Notes: generated by a model not told the origin, from the letters alone. Shown: positions 37,801 through 50,950, counted from the stretch's first letter. The stretch: DNA of 64,000 nucleotides from Camelus dromedarius (GCF_036321535.1 NC_087437.1:64420001-64484000); one strand, 5' to 3'. Translations and numbers: made by a program.

Positions 37801-40123
37801 GAAAAGAGAGACCAAAAGAGAAAATGACCAGATTGCATGGGGGGATTGGACGGGTTCAAAGAAGTGACAGTTATATTGGGTCTTGAAAGAGAAATGTGAA
37901 TTGGGATGTGGGAGAAGCAGCACAAAGACCAGTCAGGCAGAGAGAACTGTAGGAACAGAGACAGGGAGGTGTGTGGTCTGTACTGGGAAAGTCATAGAGG
38001 TGGTCTAGCCGTGGTCTGCTGTCAGATCCTGCCTCCCCTTTACTGTTTTGAAATGCAGTTTGCAGGTGATGTAATTACCTCCACACCTAATTTTTAAAAA
38101 CTATTCAAATGCCCCAGCTATAAACTAACAGGAAAATTTAAGCAGAAATATGTGATTTAATGTATAAAAATTCAAGCATGACTACGCTAGAAGACATAAT
38201 GAATTAATCAGATACTTGTACCTATTTACACAGAAAAGGTTCAATTTTCAAAAATTAAGATAAAATTCCATAGAATATTTCTAATATTTTATATTTAACC
38301 TTCTGAAATGAGGCTAAATGAGTATATTTGTATCTGTACACGTAGAGTCACCATGATAGGACAGTACCAGCAGAGACTGATACTGGTGTATGTATTGCTG
38401 ACCCAAATGTCCTGAGATTCAACGCTGTTGGTGACTTAATTTTTCAAAATGGTGAACTGCTCTTGATAAAGCTGCAGAAACCCAAAGTACAATCTTCCCT
38501 TGACTTATTTAGTAATTACGTTTCAGGAAGATTCAGTATGTGTTAAAACCATGCAAAAATCCTTTGATGATAAGTGAAATAGGGCTAGAATTCTAGTCTC
38601 AGATAACAAAGATCAGATTTTTCAGCATTAAGGAAATTGTGCAAGATACCAAACCTTCTTTTGTTGTGTTGAGCTGTATCCCTGACCCCCATCCACTGAA
38701 TACCAAGGCACCCCTGTCCTGTTCATTATGACAAACAAAAATGGCTCCATGTATTTTAATAGTGCTGTCCCTTAGTTTCTACGTATGTAAAATGGGTATT
38801 GCTGCCTTCAATCTCATAAGGATTAAATGAGATGATACATATAAAATACTAGTGTCAGGGCCTGTCCACTGCAAGGATTCAATAATCAGATAGTGATAGC
38901 TTGTTAGCAGTTGAAATACAGGTTTAGTCATAAATAGGGAAGTTAGGACTGGAGGTGAAAGTTTGGGAGTCATGTACATAGGTTGATTTAAATATTGTAA
39001 AACTCCAGGCAGAAACTTAAGATTCAGTGTAAGAAGGATAAATGTAAGGCCCCATGGCCTTTTCCTTAAGTCTGTTAAGAGTGAAGAGATACAGCTAGGC
39101 AACACTTCATAAGAAAAAGGCAGTCAAGCCCCAGATTAGCTATGGTATGATCCAGTTGCTTTAAAAAAAAAAAAAAGGCTATGTGATAGTATAATGTCCA
39201 GATCACAGAATGTTGAGACCCACATACAAGGTACTACATGGGCTCTGTCTGGGGTTCATCCTGGGGAGCCAGGCTTTAAGAGGGCTTTTAACAAAGGTAG
39301 TCGAGAAGAGAGAAACTGGAAGGAAAAGTTAATGCTACTGAGTCTGGTATTTTAAAAAAGGAGAAAGATAAAGGCGAAGGCATGACAGTTTTTCAGATTA
39401 GCAGTTATTGACAGAAGAGAAAATAAACCTGTTGTCTGTAGAAAGAAAATCTCGGGCCTCCTTCTGGAAGATACCAGAAAGCAGATACTGATTTTGTAGT
39501 GAGCCATCAGCCAGACGCTTGCTCTTTTCAAGAATGATGTAGAATAGAATTTCATGGATAGAAATGATTTCTAAAGACGCTTCCAACTCTTGAAGTGGAA
39601 GTGGGAATAGACTCCAGAATGGGTCACCCGCCCCCCAGGCACCTGTATTAGTTTCACTGATGTAGCTGCCTAACAGGGGCATTTGTCTCTAGCAAGACCC
39701 AAGACAGACTCCTCCTGGGCCTGCACTGATTTTAGATGTTTGACTGCCTGCAAGTAAGTGGCTGACCTCAATTGGCAAGAAAGTCCCAAATCTCAAGAGC
39801 CCGTGGGGAAGGAAAACCAAAATAGGTACCCTGGATGCTATCTATTTTTTGACAAATTTACTTTGAGTCACCCTCTCTCTGCCACTTTCCCCCAAACCCT
39901 TCATCCTCTGATTTTCCCACCCAACTTGCAGCTGAATTTTAGGTAGTTTAGGTCACCCTGATCTAATCATTCCAAAACAGTCTTTCCTTTTTTGGTAATT
40001 TCTGTGTTAGATAAGAGATCAGGGAAGGCTCGTGTTAGTTTTTCATAGTCAGTCACCCCCTCACCCTGTAGAAATACTTCTCACCTGGAGTTGGTCCACC
40101 GACTCCCTCAGAGTGTATGTGGA

Positions 40124-40126
<3 letters not shown>

Positions 40127-40158
<32 letters not shown>
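40127..40158 (+). repeat. (GT)16 microsatellite
   Basis: Read directly. Confidence 0.95.
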
Positions 40159-40160
<2 letters not shown>

Positions 40161-41241
40161 TTCTCTGAGGAGAGCGGTGTTGGCATTCATTAGATTCCCC
40201 CAAAGGGATGTATCTATAAGAAGATTAAGAATCACTTAAACCAGCCTCTTCTTAGGTAAGGCAGATCCCCATTTTTTGTTTTTATACTGCGTGTCTTTCA
40301 GCTGCCTTTAAATTCCAAACTGAGATGTGCTGAATTGTTCAACAAGGACCAAGTTCATTAGAAGCCCCCTCCTTGGACCAGAGCTCTTGTTCTGTGATCT
40401 TAGCATACCCTCTGCTCACTTCTGTCAGAGCACGTGCTGTATTATATTGGAAGGGTCCATTTATGGGACTGTCTTCCATTATTAGATTTGAAAGGAGGGC
40501 CTATGTTGTATTAATCTTCATATTCTAAACATTCTGTGTCATACCAGGTATGTAATAGATGCTCACAAATGTTCTTGACTTGAACCATTTACCCAGAAAA
40601 AGCCAGCAGATTCTTCTTTCCTTCCCAACCAGCCAATGTTTTAAGCACTTACCCTGAACCAGGTTATCATGTTAGGCATTGGGAAACAGAGGTAAGCTCC
40701 CTGCATGGAGCTTGTGGGCTTTATCCAGAGGGGACACGATTTTTCCCACCCACTGGAGCTGCTGTATATGAGCCATGTGCGTTTACAGTAGTGCTGATTG
40801 TAAAAACTTCCCCTTTTATAACATATCAGTTATATACACATACTCTGCTATTTTCATCACTCAAAACAAAAATGAAAATACTTTTTCTAGTCTTCCTTAA
40901 AACCATCTATTAAAATGTCTCTCCAAAATCCTCTTTCTCTTTGAATAATATTAATGCCTTGCCTCTAAAAATTAAAAAAAAATACAGATTGAAGATACTG
41001 ATAAAAGTAATGTCAGCATTTAAGACCATGTTCCGCATGTAGAAGTGTTTTTTGTTTTGTTTGTTTGTTTTTAAAACTCAATAGGAAAAATTCATGATTC
41101 AAAAAACAACAAACAAAAAACAAAAGCAAAACCATCCTGTCTGATTCCCTGGTATGTTCTTTTTCTTTTCTAGCTTATATATATTTTAACTTTCATGGAT
41201 TTGAGTTTGTGTCAAACTACGTTTATAGTTTTCTAACTTTA

Positions 41242-41390
41242 AAAGCAGGAACACCCTTCTTCCTTCAAACGTAAAGAAAATGGACCAGAGCAGTTTGTTG
41301 AAAGGAAGAGCCTTTCCTGCTACCCCCAGGGCCCTAAGGGGATGCCAGGGAGCCTGGTTTGAGAACTACTGGATCAGGTGCTATTTGTGG
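41242..41390 (+). repeat. Copy 1 of a ~150 bp direct repeat flanking HSPBAP1 exon 4
   Basis: Aligns to 42686-42831 with about 17 substitutions and one 3-nt gap by hand. Confidence 0.9.
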
Positions 41391-42160
41391 GTCAGTAATT
41401 GACTTGGGCATGGTCTGTCCACAGAACTGGATATAAGGAGTGCCAGATTCAAAGCACTGTGCCGTCTCTGTTTGAAAGTTCATTACACTTAAGGAGTTCG
41501 TGACTCTTGAGTTGCATAGCAAAAGTATTTCAAAAGATATGCTGTGCCTCCCCCACCTGGAGACTCCGATTTAGTAGGTATGAACTAAGGCTCCAGCATT
41601 GATAGTTTTAAGTAACTCCACTAACCTAGGAGAAGACTTCTTTCCTGTGGTCGTTGATGTACAAAAAGTTAATATATGCCTCGAAATACCTGTACTGCTT
41701 AGAGGGAATATGCCTTCCTGGCTTCCTAAGCTGAGCTTTAGAGATTAAAAGAAAAAAAATCTTTTTTTTCCATTGCTGTTCCTGCTGTCTGAGGCATTTC
41801 CCCTAGATATCTTCATGACTGTGTTTATTGTCAGTCTCCAGCCTCTAAAACGTAAGCTTCATTTGGGTGGGCATTTTTTTTTATTGATTCATCACACGCT
41901 TCTTGAACAATGCCAGGCGTGTTGTAGGCAGACAGTAAATATTTGCTGAATAACTACTATTAGTGAGGTAATGCAGATTTGTTATTGGTTAAAAAGACTG
42001 CAAAGACTGCCCTGGAAACCTAACCTCCTCCGTCTGTAGCGTTTTCTATAAGGGAGTGTTCCAAGTGCCCCAAACCAGATGTGAAAGTGAAGATGTGTAA
42101 CACCACTGTACAGCAAAGTTGGTTGGTTCTTGATGGGCTGTCACTTTATTTTCAAAACAG

Positions 42161-42297
42161 GATGTGATATGGTCTGACTTCGGGTTTCCTGGAAGAAATG
42201 GACGGGAAAGTACATTGTGGATTGGCTCCATGGGGGCCCACACACCCTGTCATCTGGACTCCTATGGTTGCAACCTAGTCTTCCAGGTACAAGGAAG
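42161..42297 (+). CDS. HSPBAP1: HSPBAP1 exon 4 (137 nt), encodes the JmjC HxD motif (H175-L-D177)
   Basis: Acceptor aaacAG; DVIWSDFGFPGRNGRESTLWIGSMGAHTPCHLDSYGCNLVFQVQG(R); donor AAG|GTAATG. Confidence 0.95.
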
Positions 42298-42338
42298 GTA
42301 ATGCACAGATGCATGTGCATGCATGAGGGAGAGATGAA

Positions 42339-42380
42339 GAGAGAGAGAGAGAGAGAGAGAGAGTGTGTATGTGTGTGTGT
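42339..42380 (+). repeat. Compound (GA)12/(GT)n microsatellite
   Basis: Read directly, about 40 nt after the exon 4 donor. Confidence 0.9.
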
Positions 42381-42685
42381 TGCACAGGAAGAGGAACGAG
42401 TGTCAGGTAGGCAGCAGGGCTCCAAGGTTCAATCCCAGCTCCATCCTATCAGCCTGCCTCACAATCAGCACAGATCACCTAACCCCTGGCTCCGTCTCCT
42501 CCTTTGCAAAGTAAGGGGACAGTTTAAATGGTGATTTGCATGTGTTGTGTCTCTCAGCCATGATCAGGTTTACTTTCAGAAAGCTGATCCTAGAACTCCA
42601 GGAGTCCACTCCCAGTTCAGCGAGACAGTTGTCTGCTTAGCTCTGTAATAAGAGTCTGCTTTAGTAGTTCACAAAATTTTGTTTG

Positions 42686-42831
42686 AAAGCAGGAACACCC
42701 TTTCTTCAAACCTAAATAAAATAGACCAGAGCAGGTTGTTGAAAGGAAGAGGCCTTGCTACTACCCTCAGGCTCCTAAGGGGATGCCAGGGAGCCTGGTT
42801 TCAGAACTACTGGACCAGATGGTATTTATGG
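42686..42831 (+). repeat. Copy 2 of the ~150 bp direct repeat
   Basis: See 41242-41390. Confidence 0.9.
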
Positions 42832-43249
42832 CCCCTTTCAACTCTAAACTTTAGTTTGCGCCAGCGTGGAGGCACAATGCAGTATCATATCACCTTAGGT
42901 AGTTTTCTCTCCATCTGCCTGTGGATCTTAAGTGATGGGAGGGCTAAGGTGGGCAATCTTTTTGATAGTTCCTGGCTCCAGGAGTTATGTGAGTTTAAGT
43001 GATCTGTTGCTTGGAGGATATACTTAGAATGTTCTATGTGCAGCCTTATTTTCCCCTAATTAATGATGTCCCAGTCTCCTCTCCTGGACTTTTGGGACAT
43101 TTACAGAGTAGCACAGAGGGGAAAATAGCCATATCCAAGTTCTCAGACCTTTTAGACTCAGAGAGGATTGTGGCTGGATCCAAAAGAAACAGTGAGGAAG
43201 TATGTGAATAGATTGCATATGCGAAGTACTTTGGTTTTTTGTTTGTTTG

Positions 43250-45800
43250 GGGGTTTTTTAAATTGAATTATAATTGTCATACACTATTATGTTAGTTTCA
43301 GGTATGCAACATAGTGATTCGATGTTTTTATACATTACTAAATGATCACCTTGAGAAGTCTGCTTACTGTCTGTCACCATGCAGAGTTATTACGTTATTG
43401 ACTATATTCCCTGTGCTGTACGAACGAACATCCCTGTGACTTTCTTATTTTGTAGCTGGAAGCTTGTACCTCTTAATCCCGTGCATCTGTTTTGCCCTTC
43501 CTCCCTCGCCCTCTGCACTGGAAACCACCAATTTGTTTTCTGTATCTGAGAGTCTGTTTCTGGTTTGTTTGTTCATTTGTTTTTTAAGATTCCACATTTA
43601 AGTGAAATCATACGGTAATTGTCTTTCTTTGTCTGACTTATTTCACTTAGTGTAATACCTTCTAGATCCATCCATGTTGGCACAAATGGCAGAATTTCAT
43701 TCTTTTTATGGCTGAGTAATATTCCATATATTACTATGACATATGTATATACACCATGTCTTCTTCATCCATTTGTCTATCATTGGACACTCAGGTTGCT
43801 TCTACATCTTAGCTATTGTAAATAGTGCTGCAGTGAACATGTTGGTACATACATATTTCATATTAGTGTTTTCATTTTCTTCAGATAAATACCCAGAAGT
43901 GGAATTGGTGCATTATATGATAGTTCTATATTTTTTGTTTTTTGAGGAGCCGCCATACTGTTTTCCATAGAGGCTGCACCAATTTACATTGCCACCAACA
44001 GTGCACAAAGGTTCCCTTTTCTCACCAACATTTGTTGTTTCCTGTCTTTTTGATAATAGTCATTCTGACGGGTGTGAGGTGATATCTCACTGTGGTTTTG
44101 GTTTGCATTTCCTTGATGATTAGTGATGTTGAACATCTTTTCATGTGCCTGTGGCCATCAGTCTTCTCTGGAAAATTCTATTCAGGTCCTCTGCTCATTT
44201 TTTTAAGCTGGTTGTTTGTTTTTTTGATGTTGAGTTGTATGAGTTCTTAATATATTTGGATATCAGCTCCTAATTGGATATATCATTTGCAGATATACTT
44301 ATTTATTTGGGCCTCTCTTTCTTGTTGAGTCCGACTAAAGGTTTGTCAATTTTGTTTATCTTTTCAAAGAACCAGCTCTTTTTTTTTTTTTTTTTAAGAA
44401 CCAGGTCTTAATTTCATAGATCCATTATTTTTTTGTTCCTATTTAATTTATTTCTTCTCTGATCTTTCTTATTTCCTTCCCTCCACTAACTTTGGGCTTT
44501 GTTCTTTCTGAGTTCCTTTAAATGTAAAGTTATATTGTTCCTTTGAGAATTTTCTTGTTTCTTGAGCTAAGCCTGTATTGCTGTGAACTTCCCTCTTAAG
44601 AATTGCTCTGCTATGTCTCATAGATTTTGAAAAGTTGTGTTTCCATTTTCATTTGTTTCAAGGTATTTTTTAGTTTCCTCTTTGATTTCTTCTTGACCCA
44701 TTGCTTTTTTAGTAGCATGTTGTTTGGTCTCCATGTATTTGTGGGGTTTTTTTAAGTTTTCTCCTTGTAATTGATTTCTGGTTTCATACTGTTCTGGTTG
44801 GAAAGATGCTTGGTATGATTTCAGTCTTCCTAAATTTACTGAGACTTGTTTTGCGGCCTAACATGTACACTATCCTGGGGAACGTTCCATGTGCATTTGG
44901 AAAGAATATTATCGGTAGGTATGTTTATTGCCATTCTGTTCATTGTTTTCGGGTGTTTTCGTAGTTCCTCTCTGTCCCTTTCTTCTCTTTCTCTCTTCGC
45001 CTGTGGTTTGATTGTTTTCTTTAGTGTTATGTTTGGATTCCTTTCTCATTTTCTTTTGCGTATTTACTGTAAGTTTTTTCTTTGTGGTTGCCATGAAGTT
45101 CACATATAACATCCTGTGTAAATAATAGTCTCTTTTAAGTTGATAGTAACTTTTTTTATCCCAAGTTTTTTTTCTTTTTTTTCTTTTTTTGCAGGAGGTA
45201 GGTAATTCAGTTTATTTATTTATTTATTTTAATAGTGGCACTGGGCTTGAACCCAGGACCTCGTGCATGCTGGGCATGCACTCTACCACCGAGCTACACC
45301 CTCCCCCCACGCCCAGGGGAGAGCTGCAGTCGCCGAGCTTGGCCACCTGTGCTAGCAGGTTAGGTGGGGGGAGCACACTGACGGTGTCTGGCAGCACTTC
45401 TATCTCTGGGGAACATTTCCACTGTCCCCCACCCCTTCAGTGATTACTTTCAGATTCTAAATGACTTTCCTTCACATATAGTCTCAGCATTTTCCAAATT
45501 GCTGTTCTTTTGCTGGATTTTGGGAGCAAGTGAAACTGTCCATGAGCCTCTTAAGAGGGAAATCTCAGTTTCCTGTGGCACTATGGGACCCTCAGACATC
45601 TGTCCTGTTGGTGTTCTAGGCCAGGAGCTTGGGGGGCTCATCTCTGTGGTGTAGATCTCAGGGTCCAGGGCTCCTGGCGTAGGGTGCCAGCCCCTCACTC
45701 CTGTCTGGTGAGGTCCCTCCCTGTTGCGTGCCGCCTCGCCAGGGGTCAGGGTTTGGGCGAGAGTGTCTCTCTGCCTCTCCTACCCATCTCGATGTCCTTA
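43250..45800 (-). mobile_element. Composite or internally deleted L1 (3' end, ORF2 pieces, ORF2 start, 5'UTR-like piece)
   Basis: L1MA-like 3' end at 43250-44290; ORF2 internal segments at 44300-44905; ORF2 start ATGGCAATAAACATAC antisense ~44935; GC-richer 5'UTR-like segment at 45310-45800. Confidence 0.7.
45166..45308 (-). mobile_element. Vic-1-like SINE (long form) inside the L1
   Basis: ...ggaggtaggtaattcagtttatttatt...gaacccaggacctcgtgcatgctgggcatgcactctaccaccgagctacaccctccccc. Confidence 0.85.
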
Positions 45801-47823
45801 GTCCTTTTTATTCTTTGAAGGGCCTAGAACATCTCAGGTGCATTATTATGCGCTGTGGATGCAACAGTGAATCAAGTGTGCCTGGTCCCTGCCCTTTGGG
45901 ACTTAATATTCTGAAACATAAACTTTATTAGAGAGGGCATTATTTTAAGTAGTTGCTTTCTGTGTGTTCTGAATTGGGACACAAGCCAGAGAAATTCAGT
46001 CGGAAAACCATTACCAAAAAATACCTGGGTTCTTTCTATGATATAAAATTAATATAACTTTATTTTAACTTTGTGAGAGCACATATTTTCTGGCCTCACA
46101 TAGCTCTGGAGTAATGAAATAACTGTTCAATAAATACTCATTGAGTGCCATGCTGTGCAGGTACCATGTGTTACAGTGGAAACAGGTGAATGAGTGAGAC
46201 ACTGTCCGAGCTGAGAGAGTGTGCAGTTAGAGTGCAGGCAAGCACGCAGGTTGCTGTGATGTACATATAGGCAGAGTGAACGGGCACTTGAGGAAGGTTT
46301 CATAGAGCTGTGGAACTGAAAAGTAAAAGAGGTAGCATTTGCATGGGAAAGATTAGGGAAGATTCAGAGGGGAGCTGCCCCTTGAGATGGGTTTTGAATG
46401 ATAGGTGAATATTCAGGAGACCCAGGTGGGAGGAGCAGAGGGACCAGCATGAGCAGAGCCCTAGGAAGGCATGGGGTGTACAGAGGCCCCTGTGAGTCAT
46501 CCATGTAAATTGTGCTTTCCAGACAGAGGGATTAGGCAGGGAGGGCAGGTTGGAACCTGAGGGTCTTAACCCCCAGGCAAGTACTACTTATTCTCTGTTC
46601 TTTCAGCATCAGAACCATGAGAGGTTTGTGAGCAGGAGATGACATGAAGACTGACAACCTTTTCTGCTTAACAAGACAAGGATGCATACATATTACATTT
46701 TAAACCAAGCCAAGCAAATTGTATGGGATGGTTATTTTTGGCTGTTCCTTTGGGAAACACAGCTGTGGTGCAGGATCTGGAGATCTGTGACCTGGTGCTG
46801 GGTCCACCACTAACTGCGAGCCCCGTGAATGAGTCCAAGCAAGTCCTGGCTCCCTCCTCTACTTCTCTGAAAGTGAGGTTAGACTGGTGATCTCTTAGGG
46901 TCCTTCCAGCTCTGACACTCTCCCAAACTAGTCTTAGGTCCAATGGAAGGGAGCAGCATTATCATCTCTAAGGCAAAATAAGACTTTAAAGTACTGTCTC
47001 TAGATTGAGAATGGCAGTCGGCTATATTGAAAGGGCATGATGGCCCCACTGTAACTACCAGGGGTCACTTGAGGGCTTTAGAGCTTGTGTCAGAACTGGG
47101 TTTTCTCTCTCTTTGCTTCCACATCTGTCTGTGTCACTTCCTTTTTCACACTTCACCCTCTGTCTCAGATGTCCTCCCTCTGTTGGCTCAAAGTATGGGA
47201 GTGTCTGGTGTTATATGAGTTAAAATTCACCACATCTATTTTGCAAAAAATTTTGACATGACTGAAACATTTCACAGTTTTATCTTCTTGAAAATTCCTG
47301 TATTGTACTACTTTTTAGCTGTGTGGCATCATTTGTGCATTTCTCTTCCTTGATGGATTAACTGAACAAATGTTTAACTTAAGGAATTTACAATGCAAAC
47401 AGAGAGAAGTCTGGAAACTATCTGGTGGATAGAACCATGGGTGCTTGCTCTGGATCAGATAATACAGAGATTTGAAAGGGTGGAGGTTATTCTGGGGAGC
47501 TCTGGACTCAGGGATGAAAACAGTCTATGAGGAGGCCGACTCTGATTTAAGATAGGAAAGAGTGATCTTACAAACTACGTCCTATCCTTGCCAAGGGGCT
47601 GCTCAGGGCTTCGTGAGATCCCCAGTAGTTGCTGCCCTACCTCTCCAGGTGTCTTCAGAGGAGACTCTAGTACTGGGTGACAAGGGGGCCAGGTGACCCC
47701 TGCGGTGGCTCCTGTATTCCTTTATGGATTGAAGGAAATGAGTGAAAATGAACACCTAGTGTGCCTTCTTACATGTGTTGTCTCACGTTTAGAGTACTAA
47801 TTTGTCTCTCATTTTTTAATTAG

Positions 47824-47995
47824 GAAAAGATGGCATCTCTTTCCTCCTGAAGATACTCCTTTCCTTTATCCAACTAGAATCCCTTATGAAGAATCTAGTG
47901 TGTTCAGTAAAATCAACGTTGTCAATCCTGACGTAAAGCGTTTTCCTCAGTTCCAGAAAGCTCGACGACATACGGTTACACTGAGCCCAGGACAG
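47824..47995 (+). CDS. HSPBAP1: HSPBAP1 exon 5 (172 nt)
   Basis: Acceptor attAG; KRWHLFPPEDTPFLYPTRIPYEESSVFSKINVVNPDVKRFPQFQKARRHTVTLSPGQ; donor CAG|GTAATG. Confidence 0.95.
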
Positions 47996-48449
47996 GTAAT
48001 GGAGCTTCAACACATGGGTGACCTGTCTGTGGACATCTCAGCTCTAACTTCTTTCAGGTCCTTACCTGCATCCTTAGCAGTACAAATGAGCAAGGTTCCC
48101 TCCCTGCTGCTCTGCTATTGGAAGGTAGCTTCCCCATCTGTAGGCTTTGCACACAATTCCCTGCTCCAGGGGTCACAGAAAGGAGATGGGAGGAGGGAAC
48201 ACAGCACCCCCTGCTGGTGAAGAGGAGAAAGGACTGTGGAGGAAGACGAGCCCACACCGTCACTTTTATTCAGGTTAAGAGAAAGCCTCAAGACTTGGGT
48301 ACTTGAGCCCTTCTGGAACATTTATTCACAATTACCATCTGTTCAACCATTTTTTAGAGTCCAGACACACAAGCACAGGTGGGAATGCATCCAGTTAGTG
48401 GGCCAACAGAGGCAGAATGAACTGAGAGTGATTTGGGGTTTTGTTTGTT

Positions 48450-48780
48450 TTAATTGAAGTGTAGTTGATTTAAAATATTGTTAGTTTCAGATATATAGCA
48501 AAGTGATTCAGTTATATATCCATATATTTTCTCAGATGATTGTCCATTATAGGTTATTACAAGATACTGAATATAGTTCCCTGTGCTACACAGTAAATCC
48601 TTGTTGCTTATCTAGTTTGCGCATAGTGGTTTGTATCTGTTAATCCCATACTCCTGTTTTGTCCCTCCCTGACACTTCCCCTTTGGTAAATAAGTTTGTT
48701 TTCTATGTCTGTGAGTCTGTTTCTGTTTTGCGTATAGATTCATTTGTATTATTTTTTACAGTCCACATATAATTGGTATA
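48450..48780 (-). mobile_element. Younger L1 3' end; similar pieces at ~57470-57595 (minus) and ~63370-63575 (plus)
   Basis: ttgaagtgtagttgattt...cattataggttattacaagatactgaatatagttccctgtgct. Confidence 0.75.
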
Positions 48781-49109
48781 TTTGCTGAAAATGATGTGCT
48801 TTTAAGCAAGAATGGATGTTGCTTTTGTAACTGTCTCTGAAACATTTCCAAAGGTGTAATACTTAATGCTGCTACCCAGCGGTGGAAATCACCTTTACAA
48901 GTTTGATATTTTGTTAACAATTTGAAAGGTTTTCATATTGTCTTAAGGAGATGTTATTCCCTTGATTGCCCCTCACCCCTGCTTGTTTTCCTTCCTTTGC
49001 TCCCTTCTCACTGGCTCTTTTCCTGCCTCCTTTACACTCCAGGGCTCCAGCTCCACCAGTCTGACTAAGCTGCCTTGACCCATAAGCAGGCGCTCCGCAT
49101 TCACCTGTC

Positions 49110-49685
49110 CCCGCAGACCCTGACAAACACTTACCTGTTTTCTTTCTGTATAGATTTACCTGTTCTGGACATTTCACATAAGTGCAGTTGTACCATCTGT
49201 GGCCTTTGGTGTCTGGCCTCTTTTACAAAGTATAGTGTCCTCAAGGTTCATCCATGCTGTAGAGTGTTACCAGTACTTCAGTCCTTTTTATGGCTGAATA
49301 GATTTCATTACATGGATGTACATTTTATTCATCCATTAATTAGCTGATGAATATTTGGGCTGTTTCTCCTTTTGGGTTATTATGAATAATGCTGCTGTGA
49401 ACATTTGTGTATACGTTTGTGTGGACATATGTTTTTGTTTCTCTTGTGTATATATATAGGAGTGGAATTGCTGGGTCATATGGTAACTCTATTCAGCTTT
49501 TGGGGGAATTGCCAAACTTTTCCACAGCAGCTGCACCATTTTGCACTCCCACCAGCAATGTATGAGGGTTCAGATTTCTTCATATCCTCACCAACACTTG
49601 TTATTTTCCATTATTATTATTGTTGTTGTTGTTGTTATTACTCTTACTACTACAACAACTACAGCCGTTCTAATGGATGTGAAGA
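49110..49685 (-). mobile_element. L1MB-like 3' end
   Basis: tagatttacctgttctggacatttcac...gaattgctgggtcatatggtaactct. Confidence 0.75.
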
Positions 49686-50950
49686 GGCTGCCAGTTGTTT
49701 TTCTTCTATCTTAACAGCCACATTTGAATGAGTGTTTCTGTCTGTTGAATCAGTTTTCCTTATATCATGCTCATTCCTTAATCCGTCATAAACTGGCTAT
49801 CTCTCTTACCACTTTACGGAAGGTATATGCTGTGATAGGACATTCTTGACCTCCTGATGACTAAATCCAGTGGCTGAAGTGGCTGTTTTTAGTGCCCAGT
49901 TCTCCTAAAAGGAGCTCTCTTCCCATCTCCACCTGTCCATAGCAAGAGCCACCATTTTCCTAAATCCAGAGCCCAAAACTTGGGAACATCTCCATCTGCT
50001 CTACTCAGCCTTCCATTTGAAATCTCGTTCCAAGTCTAGACAAACGCAGTCCTTCTTGACCCTGCCCATTGCTTTTGTTTACTCCCCTTCCTACTTAAAT
50101 CTTAACATTTAATTTACTAATTGGACCATTGCAAGGAAGTCTTGCCCTTCCCAGACTCTCCCTGATGTCACTGTTTCACCCATCCCCCTACTCACAACTT
50201 CTCAGCAACTCATGATGCCTACAGGATAAAATCCAGACTCTTTATTCTGAATTCAGGGCCCTCTGCCGGCCCTTACTTTTTCTCCCATTTTATTTCCCAT
50301 TTCTCCTTCTGCAGTAGTAAGACTGGCCTGCTTGCTATCCCTCCGCATCCCCACCTCCCTTGCCCACTTCTCCCACCTGGCCTGTCCTCACACTCTCCTA
50401 GTCCTGGTTCGGTCACACTTCCTCCATCCAGGTTGCCCCAACCTCCCTGGTCCACGCCTGCTTCTCCCCACTCTGAAGTTCTCTAGCCCCAGTGTCCACT
50501 CCTCTGATTTACCACTTGTATGATGCCATCTTTCTATATAATATTTTTTAATTGGCTAGACTTTAGACTGTGAGAAGGCAGAATCTATGTCCTATATTTG
50601 TACCCATGCCCTTTCTCAGAATGCATACAACTATTATATGATGGAAAGGAGGAAAAGTTACAATCTCAGAATCCTTTACTAAGATTTGGTTACAGACAGA
50701 GAAGGTCCAGGATTAAGGAGAGTAGAGACTGGAGAAGCTGGTGATATCCTTTGTAGAACATGCAAACTTGTTAATAACAGAAAAGGAATAAAAGGATTGT
50801 GGGTTTTTTTCCTTGTTTCCCTTTCCTATTGCAATATTACTGTAAATTCATTTATTCATTTTTTTCCTGGAAACTTCAATTAGGGTCTGATTCTGATATA
50901 AAAATAAAATGTCCTGTTCTGGTGCTAAGTATTTTTTGTTTGGTTTTCAG

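Noticed and set aside
36530..38560. Two similar AT-rich segments (~36590-36760 and ~38060-38230) and a possible retrocopy ending in AATAAA at 37071
   Set aside because: The similarity is weak and fits separate old DNA-transposon fragments; there is no recognisable parent protein, poly(A) tail or TSD.
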